Origin: Octopus sinensis | Lineage: Eukaryota | Direction of reading: 5' to 3' | Length of the DNA: 64,000 bases | Assembly: GCF_006345805.1 (NCBI RefSeq) | Contig: NC_043011.1 | Coordinates: forward strand, 24,502,464-24,566,463 | Part shown: one piece after another, positions 1 to 10,817 of the stretch | Layout: each line of letters opens with the position of its first letter | How positions within the stretch are numbered: position 1 is the stretch's first letter | The notes under the pieces: generated by a model | Told to the model about the DNA's origin: nothing | The model's input: only the letters and a program-made list of their open reading frames with translations | Database searches by the model: none | Position numbers and translations under genes: made by a program

Positions 1-160
1 TTTGATATTTAGAAGAGAAAACATCTGTTCATATCAACAACTTTATAACAGACGGCTCTCTAGCTCATTATTGATTTGAACTAACACTGAATAGAGAGGG
101 CCAAAACCAATCTTGATATTGGATTTCTGTAGGCTTATGATCATTTGAAACATTTAACAC

Positions 161-229
<69 letters not shown>

Positions 230-277
230 GTAGTGTAATCTTGATATTTTATTTAGTGATAAATATAAAAATGTAGG

Positions 278-750
278 TGTAGGCATGGCTGTGTGGTAAG
301 AAGTTTGCTTCCCAACCACATGGCTCTGAGTTCAGTCCCACTGAGTGGCACCATGGGCAAGTGTCTTTAGCTATGGCCACAGGCCAACCAAAGCCTTATG
401 AGTGAATTTGGTATATGGAAACTGAAAGAAGCCTGTCATGTGTGTGTGTGTGTATATATATTATATATATTTATACATATGTGCATACGTGTGTATATGC
501 GTACATGAGTGTGTGTGTGTGTGTGTCTTTGTGTCTGTGTTTGTCCCCCACTACTGCTTGACAACCGGTATTGATGTATTTATGTCCCTGTAACTTTGTG
601 GTTCAGCAAAAGAGACCAATAAGATAAGTAATTGGCTTAACAAAAAAATAAGTCCTGAGGTCAATTCATTTAACTAAAACAAAATTCTTTAAGGTGGTTT
701 CCCAGCATGGCCACCGTCTAATGACTGAAACAATGAAAGATAAAAAATAA
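278..750 (+). mobile_element. tRNA-derived SINE, family A, full length with internal (TG/TA)n microsatellite
   Basis: Head GGCATGGCTGTGTGGTAAGAAG (A box) and GAGTTCAGTCCC (B box), CORE-like CCATGGGCAAGTGTC, internal microsatellite, tail ...CCAGCATGGCCAC...TGACTGAAAC. More than 20 homologous copies occur in the window. Confidence 0.85.
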
Positions 751-899
751 TTTCATTGACTCAATGCTTTCCAAAGGTCTGTCTACTCAACAAGATGATT
801 TTAGTAACTAACTAGCAGAGCGACCCAGTGTTGCTCAATATTAAAATGGCATTGTTTGTGTTCATATATTATAGGTATGTTGAAACAGGTGATACAGAA

Positions 900-1400
900 A
901 AGTGCAGCATTGACAACAAAACATTTGTGGAGCAAATTTTGAAGCTTTGCATAAAATGACAATTTGAGCTTCGCACACCAATTTGGACAGATTTATCATT
1001 TTTTATAAGAATGGGATAGGTCATATCTGAAAGCAGCAGCTCCAGGTGTTGTGAAGAATGAATTTGCACATTGTCTGTTTCTGAGAGCTATTCTATTGGA
1101 CCACCGTGTAATCTGGTGTGCTAAACATTGCTTTAATGATTCAGCATTAAGTGCTGCAACATATCTTTGCTGACCTTGGAAAAGTCTCATCTCCCTTCTG
1201 TCTTGGGACTCCATCAGACATGCTGTAGCATGCTTTTGCTGATGTTGTGAAAGTCTCTTCCCCTTTCTCTCTTGAGACTGTATTTAAGGTGCTGCTGCAT
1301 GCATTTGATAATCTTTGGAAAGTGTCATATCCCTTATGCCTTGAGACTCTCACCTTCAGTTTTCTGTGTTCCTCCTTGCTTTATAGGTGTTTCTGGAGAG
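900..1400 (-). pseudogene. Helitron Rep/helicase N-terminal remnant (about 23-aa repeats and a Cys-rich motif)
   Basis: Repeats of the ESQDRREMRL type are followed by AAFRYDLSHSY..SVQIG...CHF(fs)CKASKFAPQMFCC. This resembles the AFxYD..IG.M..C..C.A.KF....CC motif of animal Helitron RepHel. The reading is frameshifted. Confidence 0.7.
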
Positions 1401-1415
1401 ATTACAGTTTATCTT

Positions 1416-1799
1416 AGTGGAGGTGCAATGGCCCAGTGGTTAGGGCAGCGGACTCGCGGTCGTAGGATCGCGGTTTCGATTCCCAGACCGGGCGTTGTGA
1501 GTGTTTATTGAGCGAAAACACCTAAAGCTCCACGAGGCTCCGGCAGGGATGGTGGTGATCCCTGCTGTACTCTTTCACCACAACTTTCTCTCACTCTTAC
1601 TTCCTGTTTCTGTTGTACCTGTATTTCAAAGGGCCGGCCTTGTCACTCTCTGTGTCATGCTGAATATCCCCGAGAACTACGTTAAGGGTACACGTGTCTG
1701 CGGAGTGCTCAGCCACTTACACGTTAATTTTACGACCAGGCTGTTCCGTTGATCGGGCCAACCGGAACCCTCATTGTCGTAACCGACGGAGTGTTTCCA
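1416..1799 (+). mobile_element. Young tRNA(Arg)-like SINE (head B + tail X) inserted in the Helitron
   Basis: Head GGAGGTGCAATGGCCCAGTGGTTAGGGCAGCGGACTCGCGGTC...GGTTTCGATTCCC. CpG rich. TSD ACA(G/T)TTTATCTT at 1404-1415 and 1800-1811. Confidence 0.9.
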
Positions 1800-3449
1800 A
1801 CATTTTATCTTTGGTGGTATATTTTTTCAATATTTCAAACAAAAAATTATGAACATAGAAAAAATATACATTAATCTCTTTTTGTAAGCAGTTTTATGTA
1901 GTATGTCTATATTTTTGTATGCAGTGTAAATTAACCAAATATAAGCAAATTGTAAATACCCTGCAACCTTGCAACTACTGCGATAATTATGAACTGTTAA
2001 TTGAATGGTAGATGTGTATTTTTATATCACTTGGACCTTCTATGTAATTGTTTTTTGTCAAGAGTTTCACCTCCAGCCATTTTTGTCACATATGTAAATG
2101 TATGTGCGTGTTTAATAATGTACATAACCAGCATGCAAACACACACACACTCACAGACACATACACATTCATATACAAAATGTGACAATACGCACACATA
2201 GACACTCACATACAGTCATATATATATAGTAAGAGAGACACATATAAACATATGTTTATGCGTGTCACATGGGTATATGTATGTGCAGATGTGCATGTGG
2301 GTGTGTGTTGTTTAATAATGTACCTAACATGGAACACACACAGTCAGAGAGACATACACACTCATACACTCACACACATATACTCAGAGATACATACACA
2401 CTCATATATGTGACGTTGTTGTGGTGGTGGTGGTATAAAATGTCCTTTACTACCTTGTACATATCGAATGCACAAACAAACACACATAAAGTGAAACAAT
2501 ATTATAGTTTTATCACATTAGAATTAAAAGAGAAACAATATTATATCACACAAGGAAGTCAATTTGTAGACAGAAATTACAAATCCCATTTCAGCATATA
2601 AAGCTGTAGAAGAAAATAGGTTGAGTGAAAAAACTTGAGTTACTTTAGAATATCTTTTTCTAATGCATGAATGCTCAGTGGCATGGTTGAATTCTCATTG
2701 GTTAGTAATGAAGGCTTATCGACCGTATCACAACAGTTTTTGATACAGGGAGAAATGTAAATAGTGTATTTAAAAAGATGGTGTGCAAAAAATTTTTAAT
2801 AAGTAAAGTAGGGTTGTAGGGAGAACGTACAAATAGTATGAAGACAAAGATATTTGCACACAACAGAGAGAGAGAGTGAGTGAAAGAAACAGACATAGAC
2901 TTAAAGAGAGGAAGTATTGCAGAGGATGTGAGAAAAGAAGAGATAAATAAACAGAGAGGGGAAAGGGAGAGAATCACTTGAAAACTGCAGCAGTCAAAGG
3001 GAAAGAATCGGTTGGAAACTGCAATTTTTACAGAAAGTCTTGTGAAAATCCCAGTCAGTTTCTTGCATTATGCGGGAGCTCTGGGCAAAATGACCATCCT
3101 TGGCACATAAGTAATGTGTGTGTAAAGTTTGGTGAAAATCAGTTGAAAACTGTAGAAATGCATACATACTACACACACACATCCTTTGTTTTAAATATAT
3201 AGATAAACTCTTTCTCTTAATCAAAAGGTACAAGTAACTAAATATGCAATCAGTAGTCTTAACTAAAATCATCTGTTTAATGATATAGCTAATGTTGCTT
3301 TGTTGATATTATGTTTCTGAAATTCACATTTAGTGGTAGATAGTTTTAAGGGTAGAGCATGTTTTGGGAAGCGTGTTTGGAGGGTTTCCCAAGCAAATAC
3401 CAACAAATGTAGTGACTTGCTGCAATAGTGCATTACCATTATCTGACTT

Positions 3450-3522
3450 GTGGAGGTGCATAGCTTAGTGGTTAGGGTGTTGGACTCATGATCGTAAGAT
3501 TGTGGTTTCAACTCCTGGCCAG
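3450..3522 (+). mobile_element. Isolated tRNA-like SINE head
   Basis: GTGGAGGTGCATAGCTTAGTGGTTAGGGTGTTGGACTCATGATC...GGTTTCAACTCC, the same head as the 3810-4062 copy. Confidence 0.7.
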
Positions 3523-3809
3523 CAACATACACATACAATATATCTGTATGTGTATGTTGCTGGCCTGAACTATTTTAATTTAGCACTGCTTCAGTTGTGT
3601 ATAATGGGGTTCAGGTTTTATTTAAAACCTTCCATTGTAATTTTATGTTAGAACCTTTCTGTAATGTTCTAAATGCAAATTTAATGATTGTTTCTTAAGT
3701 AAGCACAAGGCCAGAAATTGTTGGAAAGGGATTAGCTGATTAAACTGATCCCAGTGCTTAACTAGTATTTTATTTTGTCAACCCAATTTAGGTCAGATAA
3801 GTAAAAGTA

Positions 3810-4062
3810 AGTAAAGTTACCTTTTTGAGTCATGCTGACTCATAAGGGCCAAGTTCCTGGTTTCCATGGCATATCTATTCCCCACCTGGATGGGATGCTG
3901 GTCCATTGCAGGATTACTCATTTTTGCCAGCTGAGTGGACTGGAGCAACAGGAAATGAAGTGTTTTGCTCAAAAACACAACACATCGCCCAGTCCAGGAA
4001 TTGAAACCACAATCTTATGATCATGAGTCCAACACCCTAATCACTAAACTATGCACCTCCAC
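3810..4062 (-). mobile_element. tRNA-derived SINE (head D + CORE-like + tail Z)
   Basis: Minus strand reads tRNA head, then TTGAGCAAAACACTT...CCAGTCCACTCAGCTGG, then CCTGCAATGGACCAGCATCCCATCCAGG. Confidence 0.85.
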
Positions 4063-4064
4063 AG

Positions 4065-4380
4065 GTTAGATAAAGGTAAAGCACTATTGCAGCACATCAC
4101 TGCATTTGTTGGTATTTGCTTGGGTATTTCCCTGGAAATCCTCCAAACAGTGTTCCAGTCAGTCCCTACTGCTACAAGATACTTTCTCATCTGCTGTGAC
4201 CATGTGGCATGTGGCTGACAAACCCAAGTGGTTGTCCCAGCTGGGTTCTCAGAGAAGTGACCACAGTAAGCAGGATCCAACTTAGAAAATAAAGCAACAG
4301 GGCCAGACAATCTTAGCTGACACTCCTGAATCATACAAGTACAGGATGTATCTCAGTTTCTGAGTATAGTCATTGGTTGT
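4065..4380 (-). pseudogene. RTE-clade LINE ORF C-terminal remnant
   Basis: QLRLSGPVALFSKLDPAY...ENPAG....CQPHATWSQQM resembles the RTE C-terminal pattern QLRxxGHVAR...RPRGRPxxTW. Confidence 0.65.
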
Positions 4381-4385
4381 ATATA

Positions 4386-5651
4386 CTGTAAAAACCCATC
4401 TAATTTATGCATTTTTTTCCACAAAAATAAATATAAACTTTAATGGGTACGTAAATTACATGAGTAGATTGTTTCCAGAATTTTTTTTTGAAATTCTTTT
4501 GTTGAAAAAAGACATACAAAATATAAACATTCGTACCGGATGTTGACTCATTTACTGTCAGAATAGGTTTTTGCAGAAAAAAATAATGGCTTAAATATAA
4601 TGAAGTTGACTTTTATTTATGCTGGACAGTATAATACTTATTTTTTACCATTAATGGTTAACTACCTTTTGAAGTCTGACATTCATGCTGGTAAACACAG
4701 TCTGGACCATATTTTACATTGCTTGGAGTTTCTACCTATCACAATGGAACACCATTGACATACATAGTCATATGGATATTCCTGACTGAAAAAAAATGTA
4801 ATGATATGGATAATCTTGATTGTATGTTTTTTATTTTTGTCTGTTTATTATGAGGCACAGTTTTAAGTTTGTCATACTGGTTATGCCAATTTCGAACATT
4901 TGCTTCTGTAACATTAAAGAACCTTCTGGCAGCTCTGTTGCCACGTTCAAATGCATATTCAACAGATTTGATTTCTCCTTCACAGTAAACGATTAATCAG
5001 TTCTGCCCATACTGACAATAACGGTAATGACAAATTTTCAAGTTTGCTTGACATTTTATAAGTGTGAAAGGGATTAAAATTTCAATACTCCATATCAAAG
5101 GTTCCAACATGAATAGGTGGAAAAGAAATTTGTTTACATAATCAATTTGGTTGGTCACCTTCCTCTGTCAGTTGAGCAAAGCGTCATCCAAGCTGATGAT
5201 TATTGGTAATTAAACTTAATTTGCAACACCTGTGTGTATTTATCAGCTTTGTTTTTGTTGATAATTCTTATTAACAACTTTTTCTGTGATCATGATTTGA
5301 GAAGACATAAAGCAGTTTTCTAAAGATCAGACATAATCTCTTGTGGGCAAGAAATGTAAATAAAGTTTATTATAAACAACACAAACACTTTGTAATTTAA
5401 TAGGTTTTAATGTGATACCTGTTAAACAGAAATTATTTTTATTTAATGAAAATTTAATAAAATCTAATCATAAGTAAGTAAAATTATACTAAATACAACT
5501 AAATTGAGAACCTATTTCACTGGCTATATCAGCAATTCTGAAAACTTTTGGGTGTGAATCTTACATGAGCAGAAGCTTTTTTTAACAAATTTTATCCTGA
5601 AAATCACCTGTGTAAATTCCACAGGTGCACAAATTACATGGGTTTTTACAG
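4386..5651 (-). mobile_element. pogo-like DNA transposon, deleted, with 26-bp TIRs and TA TSD
   Basis: TIRs 4386-4411 (CTGTAAAAACCCATCTAATTTATGCA) and 5626-5651 match at 24/26 and both are flanked by TA. Minus strand about 4845-4990 encodes IKSVEYAFERGNRAARRFFNVTEANVRNWHNQ, a Brinker-type HTH as in pogo transposases. Confidence 0.8.
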
Positions 5652-5671
5652 TAAAAAAAAAAGGTAAAATG

Positions 5672-5783
5672 TAAAATGAAGTGTTTTGCTCAAGAACACA
5701 ATGCATTGACTGGTCCAGGAATCAAAACCGCAATCTTACAATCATGAGTCCAACACCCTAACCACTCAGCCACGTACCTCCAC
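5672..5783 (-). mobile_element. SINE head D fragment
   Basis: Homologous to the 3955-4062 head. Confidence 0.75.
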
Positions 5784-6224
5784 GTTGGTTGTATATGAAA
5801 TCCAGTCAATGGTAACCCTTAATCCTGGAAAGTGTCCTTGTACCAAAGAATTTCAGGCAGCTCCTGAGGACCCCAGACAGTGTCCAAGTCTTGCAACTAA
5901 AGAACAAGACTGAGAGGACTAGAGACCTGAAGACTCAGACCTTTGTCATCCAGCTCAGATATTGTAATGCCAAACACCTTTGACTGGAGTGTCTACTACT
6001 GCACCAACACATCCAAGTCATTTTAAGACTTCAGCCAAGGCAAAGTTGAGTTTGGTGGATCTGAGTTCAGAATGTAGACTGCAGGAAGAACTACTACACC
6101 AAATTATGTCAGATGCTCTAATAGCTCTAATAGCACTGCCACTTCACTGCTCTTAAAATCAACTTCATAAAAAAAAAATTTTATTAAATTCCACAGAATC
6201 CTTGATTAGTTTTTAAATTAATTA

Positions 6225-6440
6225 CTGTTACTGTTTAGCTTAAGGTTAATCTCTGGTTGAGCAATCCTATGATCAAAGGTAATTCCATACATGCCAATCT
6301 TGTTTTTTTATAATTACAAGGAAGCCAGAACCACATTAACCAACATGTCGTTTTCTAAAATGGTAGACATGCTTGAGAGAGATTTAGCTGCTATTTCTAG
6401 CAGAACAAGCGACCATGTGGAGAGTATTTCACCGGCTCAT
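6225..6440 (-). repeat. Interspersed repeat of an unnamed family
   Basis: TGTTTAGC...CTATGATCAAA...GATTT(A/G)GCTGCTATTTCTAGCAG is shared with 30675-30900 and 53690-54145. Confidence 0.6.
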
Positions 6441-6999
6441 TCAAAATTGAATTGAAGTTATATACTTACGGTGTATTTCATTAGAAATATTGTCATGAAA
6501 TAGTTAATAACATACAAGTTTATTATTTTACTAAATCACTCCGAAATCGTTGATTAATTTCAAAATTAATTTTGAAACACATAGGTAGTATTTTTCATTA
6601 AAAATATGGTCACAAATATTGATTTCTTTGGCTAGCTAAGACCACAAATTAGTAGTGAGAAGGTATAATTGAGTAAACAGATTCCAAAATACACTTGATA
6701 TTTATTTTATCAAGACCAGAAGGCAGAAATACCAAGTCAGTAAAACCCCAATAAGATTAGAACAGCGAAGATAAATGGATGACAAGTAATTATCTAATCT
6801 CGGGCAAAATATTTTATCTTCGGCTTCATCATTCCTGCCACCTTAAAGTGAATATTATCAAAATTTGCTACCTTAATATCATCATCATCATCATCATCAT
6901 CATAACTGCCAACCCCGTTGCCACCACCACCACACCACTGTCGCCACCATCACTGCTGCCACTGCTGATACTGTTGCCTATGCCAACATTGCCACCACC

Positions 7000-7260
7000 A
7001 CCACCATCATCATCATCATCTTAGTTTTAACATACACTTTACCATGCTAGCATGTGTCAGTTGGAATTTATTGAGGCAGGTTTTACTACAGTCAGATGCT
7101 CTTCCTGTGGCCAACCCTCACCTGTTTCCAAGTAAGATAATATTTTCTCATGGTCAGACATGTTTCCAAGGAAGATATTGGAAAGGAATTATATTAATTG
7201 TATGAGAGTGACATGTGCATACGACTGTCAGGTGATGTTAAGGCTAGGTAACAAAAACAC
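7000..7260 (-). mobile_element. Fragment with RTE-type 3' tail ending in (GAT)n
   Basis: CATCATCATC..TTTAACAT..TTTACCATGCTAGCATG..CAGATGCTCTTCCTGT is homologous to the LINE tail at 45950-46098. Confidence 0.6.
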
Positions 7261-7518
7261 ACACCCATGCTCATACACACACACACACTCACACACACAC
7301 ACACACACACATGCACATATGGTCTGGTGGTCTCGGGGCTAAAATAGTAGGGAGTTCTCTCCCTGCTTGCAATACATATCGAGTGCAGAGTGCATTGACT
7401 AACCAGCTGGACGAGACGTCCTCTATGGGGTTAAAATAGTAGATAAGACCTATGTTTATGTGGTGTTAAACTCTACTTCTTTCTCTCTCTCTCTCTGTAC
7501 ACACACACACATAAATAT

Positions 7519-7854
7519 GAGACCCCCTTCGGTCATGACAGACTGTGGGATTGCACCTAGAAAGTTACCCTCTCAGGCACAAGTCCAGGCAAGGTTGTTT
7601 ATGGAAGACCAGCAGTCGCCCATGCATACCGGCCTCCCCTCTCCACACCACCAGTGTTATCCAAGGTAAAGGCAACAGCTGATACAGCTTGGCACCTGTG
7701 ACGTTGCAACTGATTACTACAGCTGAGTGAACAGGAGCAACATGAAATAAAGTGTCTTGCTCAAGAACGCAACATGTAGCCCAATCTGGGATTTTAACTT
7801 GCAATCTCACGATCGTAAGCTCGACACTCTAACTACTGAGCCATGCACCTTCAC
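7519..7854 (-). mobile_element. tRNA-derived SINE (head D + tail W)
   Basis: Full-length homologue of 63310-63645, with tRNA head, CORE-like segment and an end at ...GACCGAAGGGGGTCTC. Confidence 0.85.
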
Positions 7855-7956
7855 AATATATATATATATATATAACAATTGCAGCGTGGAAGGTGTTTAT
7901 AAGCCATTTAAGAAACACACAAAAGCCGTTCGATTCACTTCAACATTTAAGTTTAA

Positions 7957-8006
7957 TTTGTCAAAATATTTTCGTCGCTAAAATCCGCGACCTGTTCACT
8001 GACAAA
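7957..8006 (-). ncRNA. Hammerhead-like ribozyme, type I, G3:C8 core variant (left arm)
   Basis: UUUGUCA GUGAACA G GUCGC GGAUUUUA GCGAC GAAA AUAU UU UGACAAA: stem I 7 bp, stem II 5 bp, palindromic stem III. Confidence 0.6.
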
Positions 8007-8023
8007 GTCCGTGCAGCACGGTC

Positions 8024-8073
8024 TTTGTCAGTGAACAGGTCACGGATTTTAGCGACGAAAATATTTTGACAAA
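8024..8073 (+). ncRNA. Hammerhead-like ribozyme, G3:C8 variant (right arm)
   Basis: Same motif as the left arm, with one mismatch in stem II (GUCAC/GCGAC). Confidence 0.55.
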
Positions 8074-8211
8074 TTAAACTTAAATGTTGAAGTGAATCGA
8101 ACGGCTTTTGTGTGTTTCTTAAATGGCTTATAAACACCTTCCACGCTGCAATTGTTTTCGTTTCAGCACACGATCTCAGATCAAATTACTTGCTATGCGA
8201 GTACATCTCCG

Positions 8212-8254
<43 letters not shown>

Positions 8255-8469
8255 GAGAGAGAGCTTCTTTCAAATCCTTTCACAGGGTTTTGTTAGTTTG
8301 AGTCTATAGTTGAATACACTTGTCCAAGATGTTACACAGTGGGACTGAACCTAAAACCATATATATGGAAAACAAATCTCACAGCCAAATGTTGCTTTGT
8401 GGCCCCGTTTGAGTCTAGGAGAGTATATAGTAAATTAAATGTCTCCTTGTTTCAGAAACAGCTTGATGT

Positions 8470-10090
8470 ATTGGTGAACATTAAAAGGTGTTGAAGAATA
8501 TGAAGGTTAAAGTTGTAGTTAGAAATAAGTCAGCTGGTATGGAGGACTGGAAGCCATCTGAATATTGGAAAGGAATTACCTATATCATAATGATTTGCAT
8601 TGAACATTAAGATACTGACACCATGGCTGCTGCTCCATGCTTTGCGAACATTGTAAAGGCTGTGAAACACAACATGAACAGCAGCAACAGAGACTACAAA
8701 GGCAGCGAGCTGGCAGAAACGTTAGCACACCAGGCGAAACACTTAGCAGTATTTCGTCTGCCGTTATGTTCTGAGTTCAAATTCCACCGAGGTCGACTTT
8801 GCCTTTCATCCTTTCGGTCGATAAATTAAGTACCAGTTACGCACTGGGTTCGATGTAATCGGCTTAATCCGTTTGTCTGTCCTTGTTTGTCCCCACTTTG
8901 TGTAGCTCCTCGTGGGCAGTAAAGAAATAAGAAACGTTAGCATGCCGGGCAAAATGCTTAGCGGCATTTTGTCTGACAGAAGGTGGCAAGCTGGCAGAAA
9001 CGTTAGCACGCCAGACGAAATGCATAGCCATATTTCGTCTGCCGTTATGTTCTGAGTTCAAATTCCACCAATGTCGACTTTGGTTTTCATCCTTTCGGGG
9101 TCGATTAAATAAGTACCAGTTACGCACTGGGTTCGATGTAATCGACTTAATTCTTTTGTCTGTTCTTGTTTGTCCTCTCTGTGTTTAGCCCCTTGTGGGT
9201 AGTAAAGAAATAGGTATTTCGTCTGACACTACATTCTGAGTTCACCGAGGACGACTTTGCCTTTCATCTTTTTGTGGTCGATTAAATAAGTACCAGTTAC
9301 ACACTGGGGTCGATATAATCGACTTAATCCATTTGTTTGTCCTTCTTTGTCCCCTCTGTGTGTAGCGCCTTGTGGGCAGTAAAGAAATAAAAGACTACAA
9401 AGTCAAGTTCTCCTAAACTGTGAAGGTCTTGGGTGTATCACCAGTGAGGGTGCCATCATGCTGGCCCACATCTTCAAATAGGCCTTAAGATCAATTTAGA
9501 CAGCTTATGTGAAGCTGCTGGAGACTGGTCAAATCTTGGCTGAAAAGGATTGCTGCTGGAAGGCTATATGTGTGGCAGTAGGATTTGGCTCTTTGCCACA
9601 CTTCTGGAAAGAGTCAGAAGTGGTTATCAGATAATCTCTATGATTTCACTAATCCCAATTTCTGGCCTCCTAATTACTCCAATTGTAATCCCATGGCTTA
9701 CTATGTGTGGGGCACAGTTGAGAAAAATATCGGCCACTCTACCTGCATCACCAAGGCTGAATTGGTGGCCAAGATCAAGGAGGTGTTTGAAGATATGCCC
9801 AAGGACACAGTAAAGAATGCATGAGCCAGGTTCTGGAGCCATCATGAGGCTGGATGAAAGATGAGGGTGGCTACTTTGAGTAAACTATTATCTCCTAGCC
9901 CTAATCTAGTTGATAATTTTTGATTTTTTCAAATAGTTTTATTCTTGGATAGGTTATCTTTACTTCAATTTTGTATTTTGTTTTGCAAAATTCTCAATGT
10001 AAATTCATTTATTGAATGACACTCCCAAAACACAACAAAATATTGTGTGTTTTTTTTATGCAAACTGTTAAATTTAGCCTGAACACCCTA
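8470..10090 (+). mobile_element. DD37D (maT-type) Tc1/mariner fossil, deleted and interrupted by SINEs
   Basis: About 9460-9880 encodes PHIF..LKIN..AYVKLLE...YVWQ*DLALCHTSGKSQKWLSDNLYDFTNPNFWPPNYSNCNPMAYYVWG, with 37 residues between the second and third catalytic positions. The right end reads TTTAGCCTGAACACCCTA. The left boundary is approximate. Confidence 0.75.
8701..9391 (+). mobile_element. Tandem cluster of family C SINEs (2 full, 1 partial head, 1 5'-truncated) inside one TSD
   Basis: Units at 8701-8930, 8931-8980, 8981-9212 and 9213-9391. TSD AGACTACAAAG at 8691-8701 and 9392-9402. Confidence 0.85.
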
Positions 10091-10261
10091 TGAAGGATGA
10101 GGGGCAAAGTTAACCTCAACAGGGTTTTAATGCAGAATGTAAAGAAATTCTCTGTGAGTAAATTTGGTTGATGCAAACTTTGTGGAAGTTCATCGTGTGT
10201 GTGTGTGTGTGTGAGTAAATGTGTAAATACTTGAACAGAAAGTCAAATGTTACATTTATTT

Positions 10262-10459
10262 TATTCTTTTATTCTTTTACTTGTTTCAGGTATTTGACTG
10301 TGGCCATGCTGCAGCACTGCCTTAAATGGATTTTAGTGGAAGAAATCAACTCCAGGACTTATTCTTCTATCAGGTTCTTTTGCCAAACTGCTAAGTTACA
10401 GAAGTGTAAACACTCCAACATCAGTTGTCAAGCGACGGTGGTGGTGGTGGGGGGCATAG

Positions 10460-10492
<33 letters not shown>

Positions 10493-10655
10493 ACAGGCTT
10501 CTTTTCAAATTCCATCTACCAAATCCACTCACAAGGCTTTAGTTAGTCTGATGCTATAGTTAAAGACACTTGCCCAAGGTGCCATACAGTGGGACTGAAC
10601 CTGGAACCATATGGTTGGGAAGCAAGCTTCTTACCACACAGCCATACCTGCACCT
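10262..10655 (-). mobile_element. SINE family A
   Basis: Reverse-complement homologue of 278-750. Confidence 0.85.
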
Positions 10656-10817
10656 ATTTATTCACGTTGTTTTGAATTAATCATGCATTATCTCATAACT
10701 TGGAGATTTCAATGATGCGATTGCTTATTTTAGAATAACTTTGTCTGGATGGTTTGAGCATAAAGCAGGTAGAATATATGACCCAGATATGGCCAGTTTG
10801 AATGCTAAAGAGCTAAG
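10656..10817 (-). mobile_element. Partial copy of the TTAA piggyBac-type MITE
   Basis: Homologous to 27174-27394 and ends ...GAATGCTAAAGAGCTAA. Confidence 0.6.

Larger units (their letters stand above)
812..3203 (-). mobile_element. Internally deleted Helitron
   Basis: The minus strand starts A|TCTATATATTTAAAAC at 3203 and ends ...GAGCAACACTGGGTCGCTC-TG-CTAG|T at 812. This gives a 5' TC, a subterminal hairpin, a 3' CTAG and an A|T target. A Rep remnant lies inside. Confidence 0.8.
7874..8156. repeat. 283-bp near-perfect palindrome (141-bp arms, 1-nt centre at 8015), probably the inverted termini of a Penelope-like element
   Basis: The arms are reverse complements with 2 mismatches seen. An extra unique 8157-8214 follows the right arm, and both sides are (TA)n. 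Confidence 0.9.

Noticed and set aside
1416-1495. Possible tRNA genes (also at 15084 and 63310)
   Set aside because: A and B boxes are present but there is no proper acceptor stem, and each runs directly into a SINE body.
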